Shown: one piece after another, positions 13,591 through 24,316 of the stretch
Layout: each line of letters begins with the position of its first letter
Position numbering within the stretch: position 1 is the stretch's first letter
Source: Mobula hypostoma
Lineage: Eukaryota
Reading direction: 5' to 3'
Assembly: GCF_963921235.1 (NCBI RefSeq)
Contig: NC_086108.1
Coordinates: forward strand, 79,486,001-79,550,000
DNA: 64,000 nucleotides
Program-made: the position numbers and the translations under genes
The notes under the pieces: model-generated
What the model saw: only the letters and a program-made list of their open reading frames with translations
Told to the model about the DNA's origin: nothing
Databases searched by the model: none

Positions 13591-15499
13591 TGAGGAAAGG
13601 TCTGCTCAGAAGCTGATTGAAAACCCAAGGAAAGAGAGACATTGTAGTCACTTGGGCATTTCAACACCACCTTCAGCAATAGGATGCCCCAATCAAGGCC
13701 ATATGCTGGTAACCCCTTGTCAGTACAAGATGCAGACTAGTTTTGGAGATGCTGATCGCAACATGCACTTCAGAATTGTTTTGAATAAAAAGACAAATGG
13801 TGTGCTCTGTCTTTCCCATGGAAAACTCGGGCAGTGTGCAAGATGTTGATACCACATTGCACATTTTTTAATTGCCATCTCATTGCACACCAACCTCCGT
13901 TTATTTCTGAGTGAGATTCAGCAATGGCCTTGAGAAGGTCCAATTTCTGATGCCATCAGTGGAAATGTTCTGTAATAATGCATGATGTTATTGGGTGTGT
14001 TATTAATACCATGAAGCCATCATTGGTACTAAGATGAATTGGACACAGAAGTGGCATGAAAAGTTTCCCATTGGTTTAACAGTGGTCGCTGATAAGATCT
14101 ATCCCAGATAGAACTGTTTGTGGCTATGATTTGAGCATTAAAACAAACACAATTGAATCAAATTTCAAGGCTTTGGAAATGTGCATGTGGCAGTACCTCA
14201 AGTAGTAAGGTCTGTCATTGCAAAAATTATATAGAGACTTCAGTAGCTGCTGATCTTTATAGAATGTTCTTGGGACAGTCAATAAACGACTTAGTGACAG
14301 TTGCTTTTTGTTGTGCAGTACAATATAAGCTATCGAGGTAATATGTTATAATGAATATAACCAAAGAAAATTGCAATCAAAATACATTTTTAGAAAACTT
14401 ATTCATCGGTCATAATTATTTAAAATCACCAAATCAAATGACAATTGAAGGATGCAATATTGAACAGGAAAATTGATATTACTGTTTCTTTCCTGTTAAA
14501 AATTGTGACTGTAAAAACAGTTTTTTCAGAAAGTCTGAAAGTTGCATTTTTCATGTACTTTTTTCACACAAAAATGGAAAAGGTTATATGTGTGAAAAAA
14601 GTACATGATAATTGTGAACTCCTTATCCAAATAAAAATAAAATTAAAAAAAAAGAAAGTTGCATTTTCCACCAGTGAGCAGTTTCCAATCTGCAAAGGCT
14701 TCAACTTTCATTAGTCAGACCTATTTGTTGTCAATTGAGTGCCATTCTAAAGTGGCACAAGTGCCCTTTTACAGTAGAATATGATATGTGCTTATATAGT
14801 AGCTAAAGATATTCTGTGGCCATTACTGTAGGAAGTTATTTAATGTACAAATACATGTTTCTATTTCAGCTTTGGGTGCTGTAAAAATCCACTTTTATCC
14901 TCAATCTTATATCCTTCTTTTCTTTCTGGCTGCAATGTGCCTTTTTAAATTTATTTTCTTTTTTTTTGTATCTCTCCGTACTCATTAGAACAGAGAGGTA
15001 ATACAGAAACTGTATAAATTTAGGTGATACCTAAAATATGCTGCTCATTTACTCATCTGAGCTTCCATATTCTTCCTATCTCTACCTGATATGTAACACA
15101 CTCAGTTTCATTGCTAAAGCTAGTGATGCACAACGAATTGCCAGTTGACCTTTAGTAGCTTGAAAGCAGGGAGTTGGTGGTTTGCAGTAGAATGCTGATG
15201 CAACATGAAGTTTAACACCAAATGTGCTTGTTAATGAACGTTGCCCAGACGTGCACAGGAAAAAAAATTTAGAGATCGGGTTGATGCCTGCAACAGTGAG
15301 GGAGTAACAAAGTGAATGAGTAGATTTAGCTTACACCAAAGTATCTATTACTCCCCCCCCCCACCTTTTTTTGGTACCTTAGATTGCCTGGCTACCTCAT
15401 CCAAAATCCATGGCTCCAACTCTGTAAGAAATAGAATCAGGAAAAGGTCATTTGTATATTTGTCCCTGCTTATTTCTGGTTGCCTCATTATAGAAGTGA

Positions 15500-15870
15500 A
15501 GGAGAGCGTGAGGTGACTTGATAGAGATGTACAAGATGATGGTGTGCATGGATAGAGTGGACAAACAGCGACTTTTTCCCAGGCCAGAAATGGCAAGTGC
15601 AGGGGGCATAATTTTGAGGTAATTGGAGGAAAGTATAGGGGGTCTGTAAGGGGTAAGTTCTTCACACGGAGTGTTGTGGGTGTGTGGAATGCCTGCCAGG
15701 GGTGGTTTAGCGGCAGAAACATTAGGAGCATTTAAGAAACTCTTAGATAGACGGATAGATGATAGAAAAATGGAGGGTTATGTCGAAGGGAGGGGCTAGA
15801 TTGATCTTAAAGTAGGTTAAAAGGTCAGCACAAAATCCTGAGCTGAAGGGCCTTACTGTATGTAATCTGT
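15500..15870 (+). mobile_element. CR1 LINE 3' end
   Basis: aggtgacttgatagagatgtacaagatgat (GDLIEMYKM) followed by a CR1-type 3' UTR. Confidence 0.8.
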
Positions 15871-18089
15871 ACAGTAAAAGTTTTTCCATTCCAGTAAGAT
15901 CATGGCACAACTTTTACCTTATAAAGGCACTTTCCTGCACTAACCCGTGATTCTTTGGTGGCAGATCTGGGCAAGTGTGCATGCTAGTGAAATGTTTGGG
16001 TTAGGTCGGGTTATGCTGTGGAGCTTAGTTCAATACTTTAACCAGGTAAAGATGATTGGATTTGTATTACTGAATGTGTCTTCTGTTCTCAATCAGTAAC
16101 AGTATTTGACATCATAGTAAGTCTTTTTTTCTCTCCCACTTTTCTACAAAGGCCTCCTGGTTGGGGATGGAAAGAATTATATGTACTCAGTCTCTGGTTG
16201 AGCTTGGATCAGTCATGGTTGGGTTGGGTTATATTAGCAGGAAATATTAGCAGAAAAGCCATAGTTATTCATAAATACATATTAGAACCCCTGCCTTCAG
16301 GCGCCAGAGGAAACAGCAGGCATGTATAAAGCAAAGGAGCTTTTAACAACATAAAGTTTTATTTAGTGATTTGATGATGTAATTTATTTCCTGTATTATT
16401 GTTGTGTTAGTTTTTTTTGGTTGCCAGTGAGTCTTGGGCATAGTTTGGTTGTCTTTTAGCAAAGGCAATTTATTTGGTTGGTTGCTTGGTAGATTTTCAA
16501 TTTTAAATGATACTGACACACACTTGTTCTTTTTAAAAGAGCTGTTAATTTGCAGATGATAACTTATCTGAATAAACGCACTCTCATGGGTATATATTAC
16601 ATTGAGTGTTGCAACTTGTCAGAGAAGGAGGGACACATTCGTTTTAAATTTGTAGAGAGATTTGGGCCATCTTCTGGGAAGAGATTGACATCGGAAAAGC
16701 TCAAATTAATGCTTTAAAATAATCCAATTAAAATGTTGGTCCAAAGGAAAACAGTTTTGATTACTAAGATTGTCAGTATGCAGGAAATCAGCAGTCACTG
16801 CTCATATGACTGAGGTGCACTGATGTCCTAGCATTATTTAGAAATCACATGGTAAACAGTTATCTCCAAAATGCAGAGATGGCAATGGCATATGATTGTA
16901 CTTTAGCTTTTTTTGGAACTTTTTTTTTGGCAGTGATTTCTCACAGGATGGTATTAGAGAGCCAGATTTTCACCAGTCTCATTAACCACTTTCAGCTGTG
17001 TTGTTTTTGGCCCTAACCAACCAAAATTTGCACTGGCAACAGGAAGACATAAAAATTGGGTGTTCTCAAAGGCGGCAAGAAACGCGGCTGCTTCAGAATA
17101 ACTTGTGTATTTTATAACTAAACATAACTTATTGTGACTAATCTGAGGCCAAATATGTAGCAGATTGTTTTGCAGTATGTCGCCACTCCCTGCCGCAAGA
17201 CAGGATAGAGCTGGGACAGAAGTATGTTAATGATCATATATAATTTCGATTGATTTTATTTCTGCAAATGTTCTTATTTGGAGATTCACCCTTTTTTAAA
17301 ATTTTGATTTACCTTTGCTGATGTAGAGAATCCTTCCATGATGTTGGTCTGTGCAGCCTATATCAGTGTCCTTGTAGTATTTAGGTGTAATCCAAAAAAA
17401 ATCAACTTCAAGTTCTTGTAAGGATGATAAGATTAGAAAGGGTGCCAATTGATCTGAGCTCTGATGTGTGGACATTTATTTTTCTAAGACTTGCTTTACC
17501 CATTGATGTTAATTAGTAGATCTCAAAAATTGCAGAAACAAATTTGCTTTTGATTACCAGCAGCAATTACAAAATCAGGAGAAAAATGCATCGTAACCTT
17601 ATTCCAGTGCCTGTGCAGTATGTAATTATGGGATTATCACATATCTATCTGGCACAGATAGCAGGGATCAAGAAAAGGGGGTAGATGCCATTTGGCGGAC
17701 AAGTTCAGCTGCTGAGCTACAGCTTAGATACAGCAAAGCTCACATGGGTATCATAACCAAATAAATCTTTTCTGGTGTGAATGCTAAATTTTCATCTAAT
17801 TCGTTGAGTAGGATTTCAGAATATTTAAAAATAACCAACCGGAATTTGAATCGGTTTAGTATTGCCGCATGTACCATGATGTGGTGAAATGCTTGCTTTG
17901 CATATTGTCCCTACAGGTCAGGTCATCACACTGCACTGAGGTAGAACAAGGTATGATGCTGCGATACATTCTGGATGTGCGGGGACACTACGCCTGAGTT
18001 ATGGTCTGCAGTTTTGGTCATCATAGTATAGAAGGAAATGTTTGTATCAAATGGTCCAGAGGAGATGCTCAAGAATGGTTCTAGGACAG

Positions 18090-18641
18090 CAGACATCCCA
18101 CCTCTCCCAGGAGTTCTGGGAGTCTCCCGCATTTTAATAGTGGCTCCCTGATGCCCGCAAATTATATAAAATGTCCCGGAAATCAATTTTTTGAGAGCTA
18201 GCGAGAGAGAGCGTGAGAGAGAGCGAGCATGAGAGAGACCACGAGAGCGAGAGAGACCACGAGAGAGAGAGAGAGCGTGCACGCCATGGCAGAGTGTTCC
18301 AAAAAAAAGAAAATATAAAACGTACGTCACCCCAGACTACACTAAAGTGTACCCCTGCCTAATAGGGGTCAAAAATAATGACAGTGTTGCTCGCTGCAAT
18401 GTTTGCAACAGTGACTTTTCTATTGCCCATGGTGCGTTAAATGACTGTAAAAGACATGTTGAGGTGAGTTTAACAGGTGTCATTCATTCATTAGCATAGC
18501 GAACGTTATTTAAACTAGCTGGCTAGCTGCTAAGGAGCTACTCTATTGCAGACATCCCACCTCTCCCGGAAGTTCCGGGAGTCTCCTGCAAATTGATGGT
18601 GCTACCTCCCTGAAATGAGTTTTTGCAGGGTGGGATGTTTG
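18090..18641 (+). mobile_element. hAT-like non-autonomous DNA element, copy 2, with 6-bp TSD GGACAG, inserted in a CR1 remnant
   Basis: ggacag|CAGACATCCC...GGGATGTTTG|ggacag; internal repeat of the 5' terminus at 18549; transposase-like exon at 18286-18463. Confidence 0.85.
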
Positions 18642-18825
18642 GGACAGGAGGATTTTAGTTGTAACATTTAAGATTGTTTAACATCAGTTTCAGTACACAA
18701 GTGTAAAGGAGGGCAAAATAATTGTTACTCTGGATCTGTTGCAGCACAGAATGAGCACAATAATAATAATAATAATAACTCAATACATATACAGTAAGTG
18801 CATAAGATAGCTTATCTTTTTTTCT

Positions 18826-18865
18826 CCAGCCCTGATGAAGGGATTCAGCCCGAAACGTCGACTCT
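18826..18865 (+). ncRNA. Minimal type I hammerhead ribozyme motif in a PLE terminus (PLE end extends to about 18960)
   Basis: cagcc CTGATGA a GGG attcag CCC GAAAC GTC gact: intact core, stem II GGG/CCC, GUC cleavage triplet, stem I with one mismatch. Confidence 0.7.
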
Positions 18866-18994
18866 ACTCTTTTCCATAGATGTTACTTGGCCTGCTAGGT
18901 TCTTGCAGCATTTTGTGTGTGTTGCTTGAACTTCCAGCATCTGCAGGTTTTCTCTTGTTTGTTCTCTTGCTTCAGACAACCCATCTGTCTGTGA

Positions 18995-19260
18995 TACAGT
19001 ACTATATGCCCTTATTGGTGGGTAGGCTTGTGCTGGTGATGCGTTGGGCAGTTTTGACAGCCTTCCTGTCTGCTGCAATGCAGTTTCTGTACCGTGCATT
19101 TACTGCGGCATGTTCTCTACTGTGCATCTGTAAAATGACGTGCAAAGTCCCAGCTGCCTTCAGCCTTCTCGGAAAGTAGAGGCATTGCTGAGCATCCCTG
19201 ATTGTGTAGAATGTGTCTGTGACCATGAGAGGTTGTTAGAGATGTGCATTCCTGGGAGTT
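18995..19260 (-). mobile_element. Rex1/Babar-like LINE fragment
   Basis: ORF AQQCLYFPRRLK...YRNCIAADRKAVKTAQRIT. Confidence 0.7.
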
Positions 19261-20029
19261 TAAAAATATTTGCAAGAATTGCTTTTGTTAGATGAGAAGA
19301 GTTCAAAGGTTGATTTCATTGAATATTTCAATTATGAGGAGTCTAGATACATTTTGCCTACTTTATTATTCCGAGCAGAAATGTCAATAATCGTGGATAT
19401 ATGGTTACAATAGTTGAGAGAAAGATTAGAGGGCATACATTTTTTTTTCATTCACAGAGTTGTGGTGTTACTCTCTGGATCTGCCCTAGACACAAACTAT
19501 AAAGTCATAGAATACAACAGCACAGAAACAGGTCTTTTGGCCCATCTAGTTGGTGCCAAACCATTAATCTGCCTGGTACCATTGACTTGTACTCAGGCCA
19601 TAGCCCTCTATACCCCGCTCATCCATGTACTTGTCCAAATTTCTCTTGTGTTGAAATTGAACCCACATCCACCACTTGTGCTGGCAGCTCATTCCTAAAG
19701 AGAAATTATTCTTATCTGATTCTCACAGACCCTATTGGCTGAATGGCCTAACTACTTCAATTTCTATGATTTACTAGTCTACAAATTATTTTACATCACT
19801 ATTTGCTGTTAAACTCTATCGTGGGCTATCCAAAATACTGCTTGTGAAAGTCAAAAATGAGTGAGAATTTCATTTGTAAGATGTCTGCCAGCGCTTTTTG
19901 GAGTTCCCCATATAAGACCACACTGAAGCTTACATTGTTGCTTTCAGTATGATGTGCCCTATTGATGTTTTGAAAATTCTCACAGTGCTTGGCAAATGGA
20001 ATACCTAATATGATCTTTGCAGACAGCTC

Positions 20030-20270
20030 TCAACGAGATATCGCACATGCAGGCAATACTCTTCCAGCTACTGGAGAGGGTTGCTGTTGAATGAATGGAT
20101 GCAGCAATGCTGGAGAAGGGAGCCGGAGGTGTCCTGGACCAGCCGGTAAAGAACGGTGCCTGAAGGAGGCATGCCCTTTGTAAGTGCGATCCACAGAGAC
20201 CCTCCCGATTGCATCTCATTAGCAACCCTCTCCAGTAGCTGGAACAGTGCATTATGCATAATCTCATTTA
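20030..20270. repeat. Fold-back element with a perfect 24-bp inverted repeat
   Basis: TTCCAGCTACTGGAGAGGGTTGCT (20062-85) and AGCAACCCTCTCCAGTAGCTGGAA (20221-44), with imperfect extension on both sides. Confidence 0.75.
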
Positions 20271-20978
20271 GCATGAGAATATGGTGATGCTTGCAGGCCT
20301 CCCCCAGCAAATTCGTGGATGTGTTGGTTGTTGATGCATTTTACTGTATGTTTTGATATACTGTACATATGACAAAAAAGCTAATTTTTTCAAAAAAAGG
20401 GAAGCTTGCTGCAGTAAATTGCTTACAGATATGCATGCATCTTGTTCATAAGACCATAAGATAGAGTAGCCGAATTAGGCCATTTGGCCCATCGAGTCTG
20501 CTCTGCCATTCCATCATATCTGATTTATTATCCCTCTCAACCCCATTCTCCTGCCTTCTCCTCATAATCAATGTTGCCCTTACTAATCAAGAATCTGTCA
20601 ACCTCCGGTTTAAATGTATGCAAAAATATAGTTCTGCTACATTTTGTAACTCCAGAGGATAACTGAAAGAAAATCACCGGATCCAGGATACTTGCTTACT
20701 TATTTTTTTAATAAGGTGCTCACATATGACGTGGTGGCATATGCCATTCATGTACTTCTTACATATAACCCATAATGAATTGTGTAAACCAGCAAAAAAT
20801 GTTTCATCAAACAATAATTTTACAAAGATACTCAAATATTACTGAAATATTAAATACGTTATGCTCCTCCCCTGCTTAGTTTATAAACTCCCACTCAATA
20901 TAGAATGCATCTCAACTCAAATATGTAATGTATTGCTGTCTAGTCCTTTATCACACAGTGCATTACACAACACTGCTA

Positions 20979-21840
20979 CGGGTTGAGTACCCCTCATCGG
21001 AAATGCTTAGGGCCAGAAGTGTTTCGGATTTTGGATTTTTTCAGATTTTGGAATATATAAAGAGATAGCTTGGGATTGTCATCATTTCCAACTCTGAATT
21101 TATGTGTTTCCGACAATAGGTCTTTGCATTGCACTTGTTCATCACACATACTGTATATAGTTAACAGTAAAAATTACTAGATACTATTAATATAATGAAA
21201 ATGTAATATGTGCAGGGTAACAGAAGCAGCACAGCAGCATCAGGAGAATACCAAAATCAGCTGCTGAACACCAACTAACAACAGCAGGCTTTCACTCTCC
21301 ACCTACAATGCCGTGTTTTGATTAAAGGGTTGCCGTACACTGTATTTGACTTCTACATTTTTTTGGGGGTTTTATGTAAGGTATGAAAACAGTCAGCAGC
21401 ATAGACTTGTTCTGGTGTTAGATTTTCATGATCAGCAGAGGCTTTAAAAATGTAATGCCATGCCTTTTCTTAAATTTCTGCAACCAGCCTGGTGAATATC
21501 TGCACTAAGCTTCAATTTTCAGTTCGTCGTGATAGATCTTTGCTTTTCATGATCAGCATCCTGTTAAGAGGCAAGTGTTCACTCCAACACCGATGATACA
21601 TGAGTGAGGTCTTGCTTTTCACTTAATGTAGTGTTTTCCTGTTGTTCATTGATCTGTTCATTGCACATGTGAGGTCATTTCTCAGAGCTGTCTGTGATGC
21701 ACAGAGTCATGCACATCACCTTGGGACCTTCCCAGCACCTTGTGGAATTTTCCATCTGTGACATCGTATCATCACTAAAAAAAAATTCGGATTTTGGAGT
21801 TTCTCAGGTTTGAAATTTTGGATAAGGTATACTTAAGCTA
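20979..21840 (-). mobile_element. Tigger/pogo-type DNA transposon remnant (Tigger4/MER46-like ends) nested in the Gypsy element
   Basis: TA|cgggttgagtacccctcatcggaaatgcttagggccagaagtgtttcggatttt ... ggataaggtatacttaagcta|TA; minus-strand CENP-B-type HTH remnant SPGWLQKFKKRHGITFL at about 21443-21498. Confidence 0.8.
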
Positions 21841-23050
21841 TACCATACAGACATCCACAGCACAGTAAATTTTAAATTGTCCCATTCAGCTCTAAAGATT
21901 TAATCACATTGGAAGATTTCCCACTCCTGTGGGATAACATCTTTCCCTGATGAACAGGCATGGCAGGTGAGACTTGTGACTGTGAAACAATCTGATGTTT
22001 TGGAGCCTTCCGTGGTGGTGGTAGGAGTTTACTCTGAGACAGTAGAAAGTGGTTTTGACAGCTCTGGACACCTTTCTTCTCTAACAATTGACTCTGCTCT
22101 CAACTGATCGATGTGTCGTCTTCAGATGATGTCAGACGCAATCTCCACTGTGTGGGGGAGTGGTCTAGTTCCGTCCTTATTTGTTCCAAGTACCCACTTT
22201 TGATCATCCGTAGTCCCTTGCCAGGACTGCTCGTCCAGGAGTGAAAAATTAAACCACCTTATTTGAGGAGCCCTCAATTTGTCTCAGCTGTTTGTCCTTC
22301 TGAGATTGGGTTTGAGGAGATCCAAATATGCACACAAGGGACAACGCAGAACAGCAGAGCTGGTGAGTTGTTGGTTGTGGAGTGTACTGCATTGCAGTAT
22401 GCAACGAGGAAATTGGTGAGCTTCTGATTCAGTGTTAGTGTAGTGTGCCCTGCTGACATTGCTTGCTGTGTGCTTTTTACACCCTGGACAAACCTTTCCA
22501 TCAAGCCATTTGTATCTGGGTGATACGGTGCAAATGTAATATGTCTTATTCCATTCATTTTCTGGAATGACTGAAACTGTACCAAAACAAACTGTGGTCC
22601 TTTGTTACTAAGTCCTTGGGAAGAGGCTTCTCAACATATTCGCAGTGAGTGTGGCTGTAGGGAAGATTATTGGGAGCACTTCTAGCCACTTTGTAGCTGC
22701 ATCCACTACTACCAAGAAATTTGAATAGTCTGGCACAATTGACGTGAGTCCTCCTCAAGGGCAATGTAGAGCAACCCCAGGGTTGGAGAGGCGCTGTTCT
22801 TGGTATCTTCTGGACTTGTTGACATCCTGAACAGCACATGGCAAACCGCTCTATCTGTTGATCTATCCCAGGCCATCAGATAAAGCTTCGAACCAGCTCT
22901 TTAATTTTGACCATGCTTAGATGCCTAGGGCATGTAGCTCCTCCAACATTTGGATCTCAGCTTGGATGGTACAACAGCTCTCAATCCCCACCAAAGACAA
23001 CCCCTGCCAAGGGCAAGTTCATCCTAGTGCTGTTAAAAGTGGAGGAACTG

Positions 23051-23900
23051 GAAATTTGGCTGAGTGAAATAATAACAACAACCTCCCACTCAATGTCAAT
23101 ATGACCAAGGAACTGATTGTAGTCTTCAGGAGAGGGAAACCAGAGGTCCATGAGCCAGTAATCATTTAAGGATCAGAGGTGGAGAGGGTCAATAACCTTA
23201 AATTCCTGGGTGTCACTATCTCAGAGGACCTGTCCTAGGCCCATCATATAAATGTTATTGGGAAGAAGCCCGGCAGTGCCTCTACTTCCTCAGCAGTCTG
23301 CAGAGATTTGGCATGTCATCAGAAACCTTGGCAAACTTCTATGAATGTGAGGTGGAAAGTGTGCTGACTAGCTGCATTATGGCCTGGTATGGGGACACCA
23401 AAACCTTTGAGCAGAAAATCCAACAAAAAGTAGTGGATTCGGCCCAGTACATCACGGGTCGAACCCTCCCAAGATTGAGCACATCTACGTAAAATGTTGC
23501 CGGAGAAAAGCGGCATCCATCATCAAAGATCCCCACCACCCAGGCCATGCTCTTTTTTCACTGCTGCCATTAGGTAGAAGGTTCAAGAGCCTCAGGACTC
23601 ATATCACCGGGTTCAAGAACAGTTACTACCTCTCAACCATCAGGCTCTTGAACAAAAGGGGATAACTACACTCACTTAAGGACTTTTTATATTGTTACTT
23701 CATGCTTGTTATTTATTGCAATTTATTTATTATCTGATTTACACAGATTATTTATAGTTCTTGATGTTTACAGTTTACAAATCCTGTTTACAATTACTGT
23801 TCTATAGATTTCCCAAGTATGCCTGCAGAAATAAAATCTCAGGGTTGTATGTGGTGACACGTATATACTCTGATAAACAATTTTACTTTGAACTTTGAAC
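23051..23900 (+). mobile_element. 5'-truncated Rex1/Babar-like LINE nested in the Gypsy element
   Basis: accaaggaactgattgtagtcttcagg (TKELIV.FR), KFLGV.ISEDL and KNSYY.STIRLLN; tail actttgaactttgaac. Confidence 0.8.
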
Positions 23901-24217
23901 CTTCCAGCCATTTTAGGTTGCCTTGTATATCTGAGACAGTGTGGGGTCTTTTCTGGTTTCCCTTGGGATCATCTCTGCCACGATAAGGAGACATTTGATT
24001 TGCTTTAGAGAATGTGTCAAGAGGAATGTCCTTTTTTGTAAATTTTTCAGGTTTTTCCTTTTCCATGGGTAAATAGGACAATCCATCAGCATTTCTATGT
24101 GTAGTTGTACGCTTGAATTCAATCTTGTAATTGTGTCCTTGAAAGAAACTGAGCCCATCTCTGCATTCTTGCTGCTGTTGTTAGTGGCATGTCCTTCTGT
24201 GGATTGAAGATGGTTGA

Positions 24218-24316
24218 TGTCCTGATGAAGGGTCTCGGGCGAAACATGACTTTTTAACTCTTTTCCATAGATGCTGCCTGGCCTGCTGAGTTCCTCAGGC
24301 TTTTTGTGTGTGTTAC
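24218..24316 (+). mobile_element. PLE terminal fragment with mutated hammerhead, nested in the Gypsy element
   Basis: gtcctgatgaagggtctcgggcgaaacatgact...gatgctgcctggcctgctgagttc. Confidence 0.7.

Noticed and set aside
17926..18330. 134-aa minus ORF (also 4949-5234)
   Set aside because: Antisense reading of the MITE's (AG)n tract.
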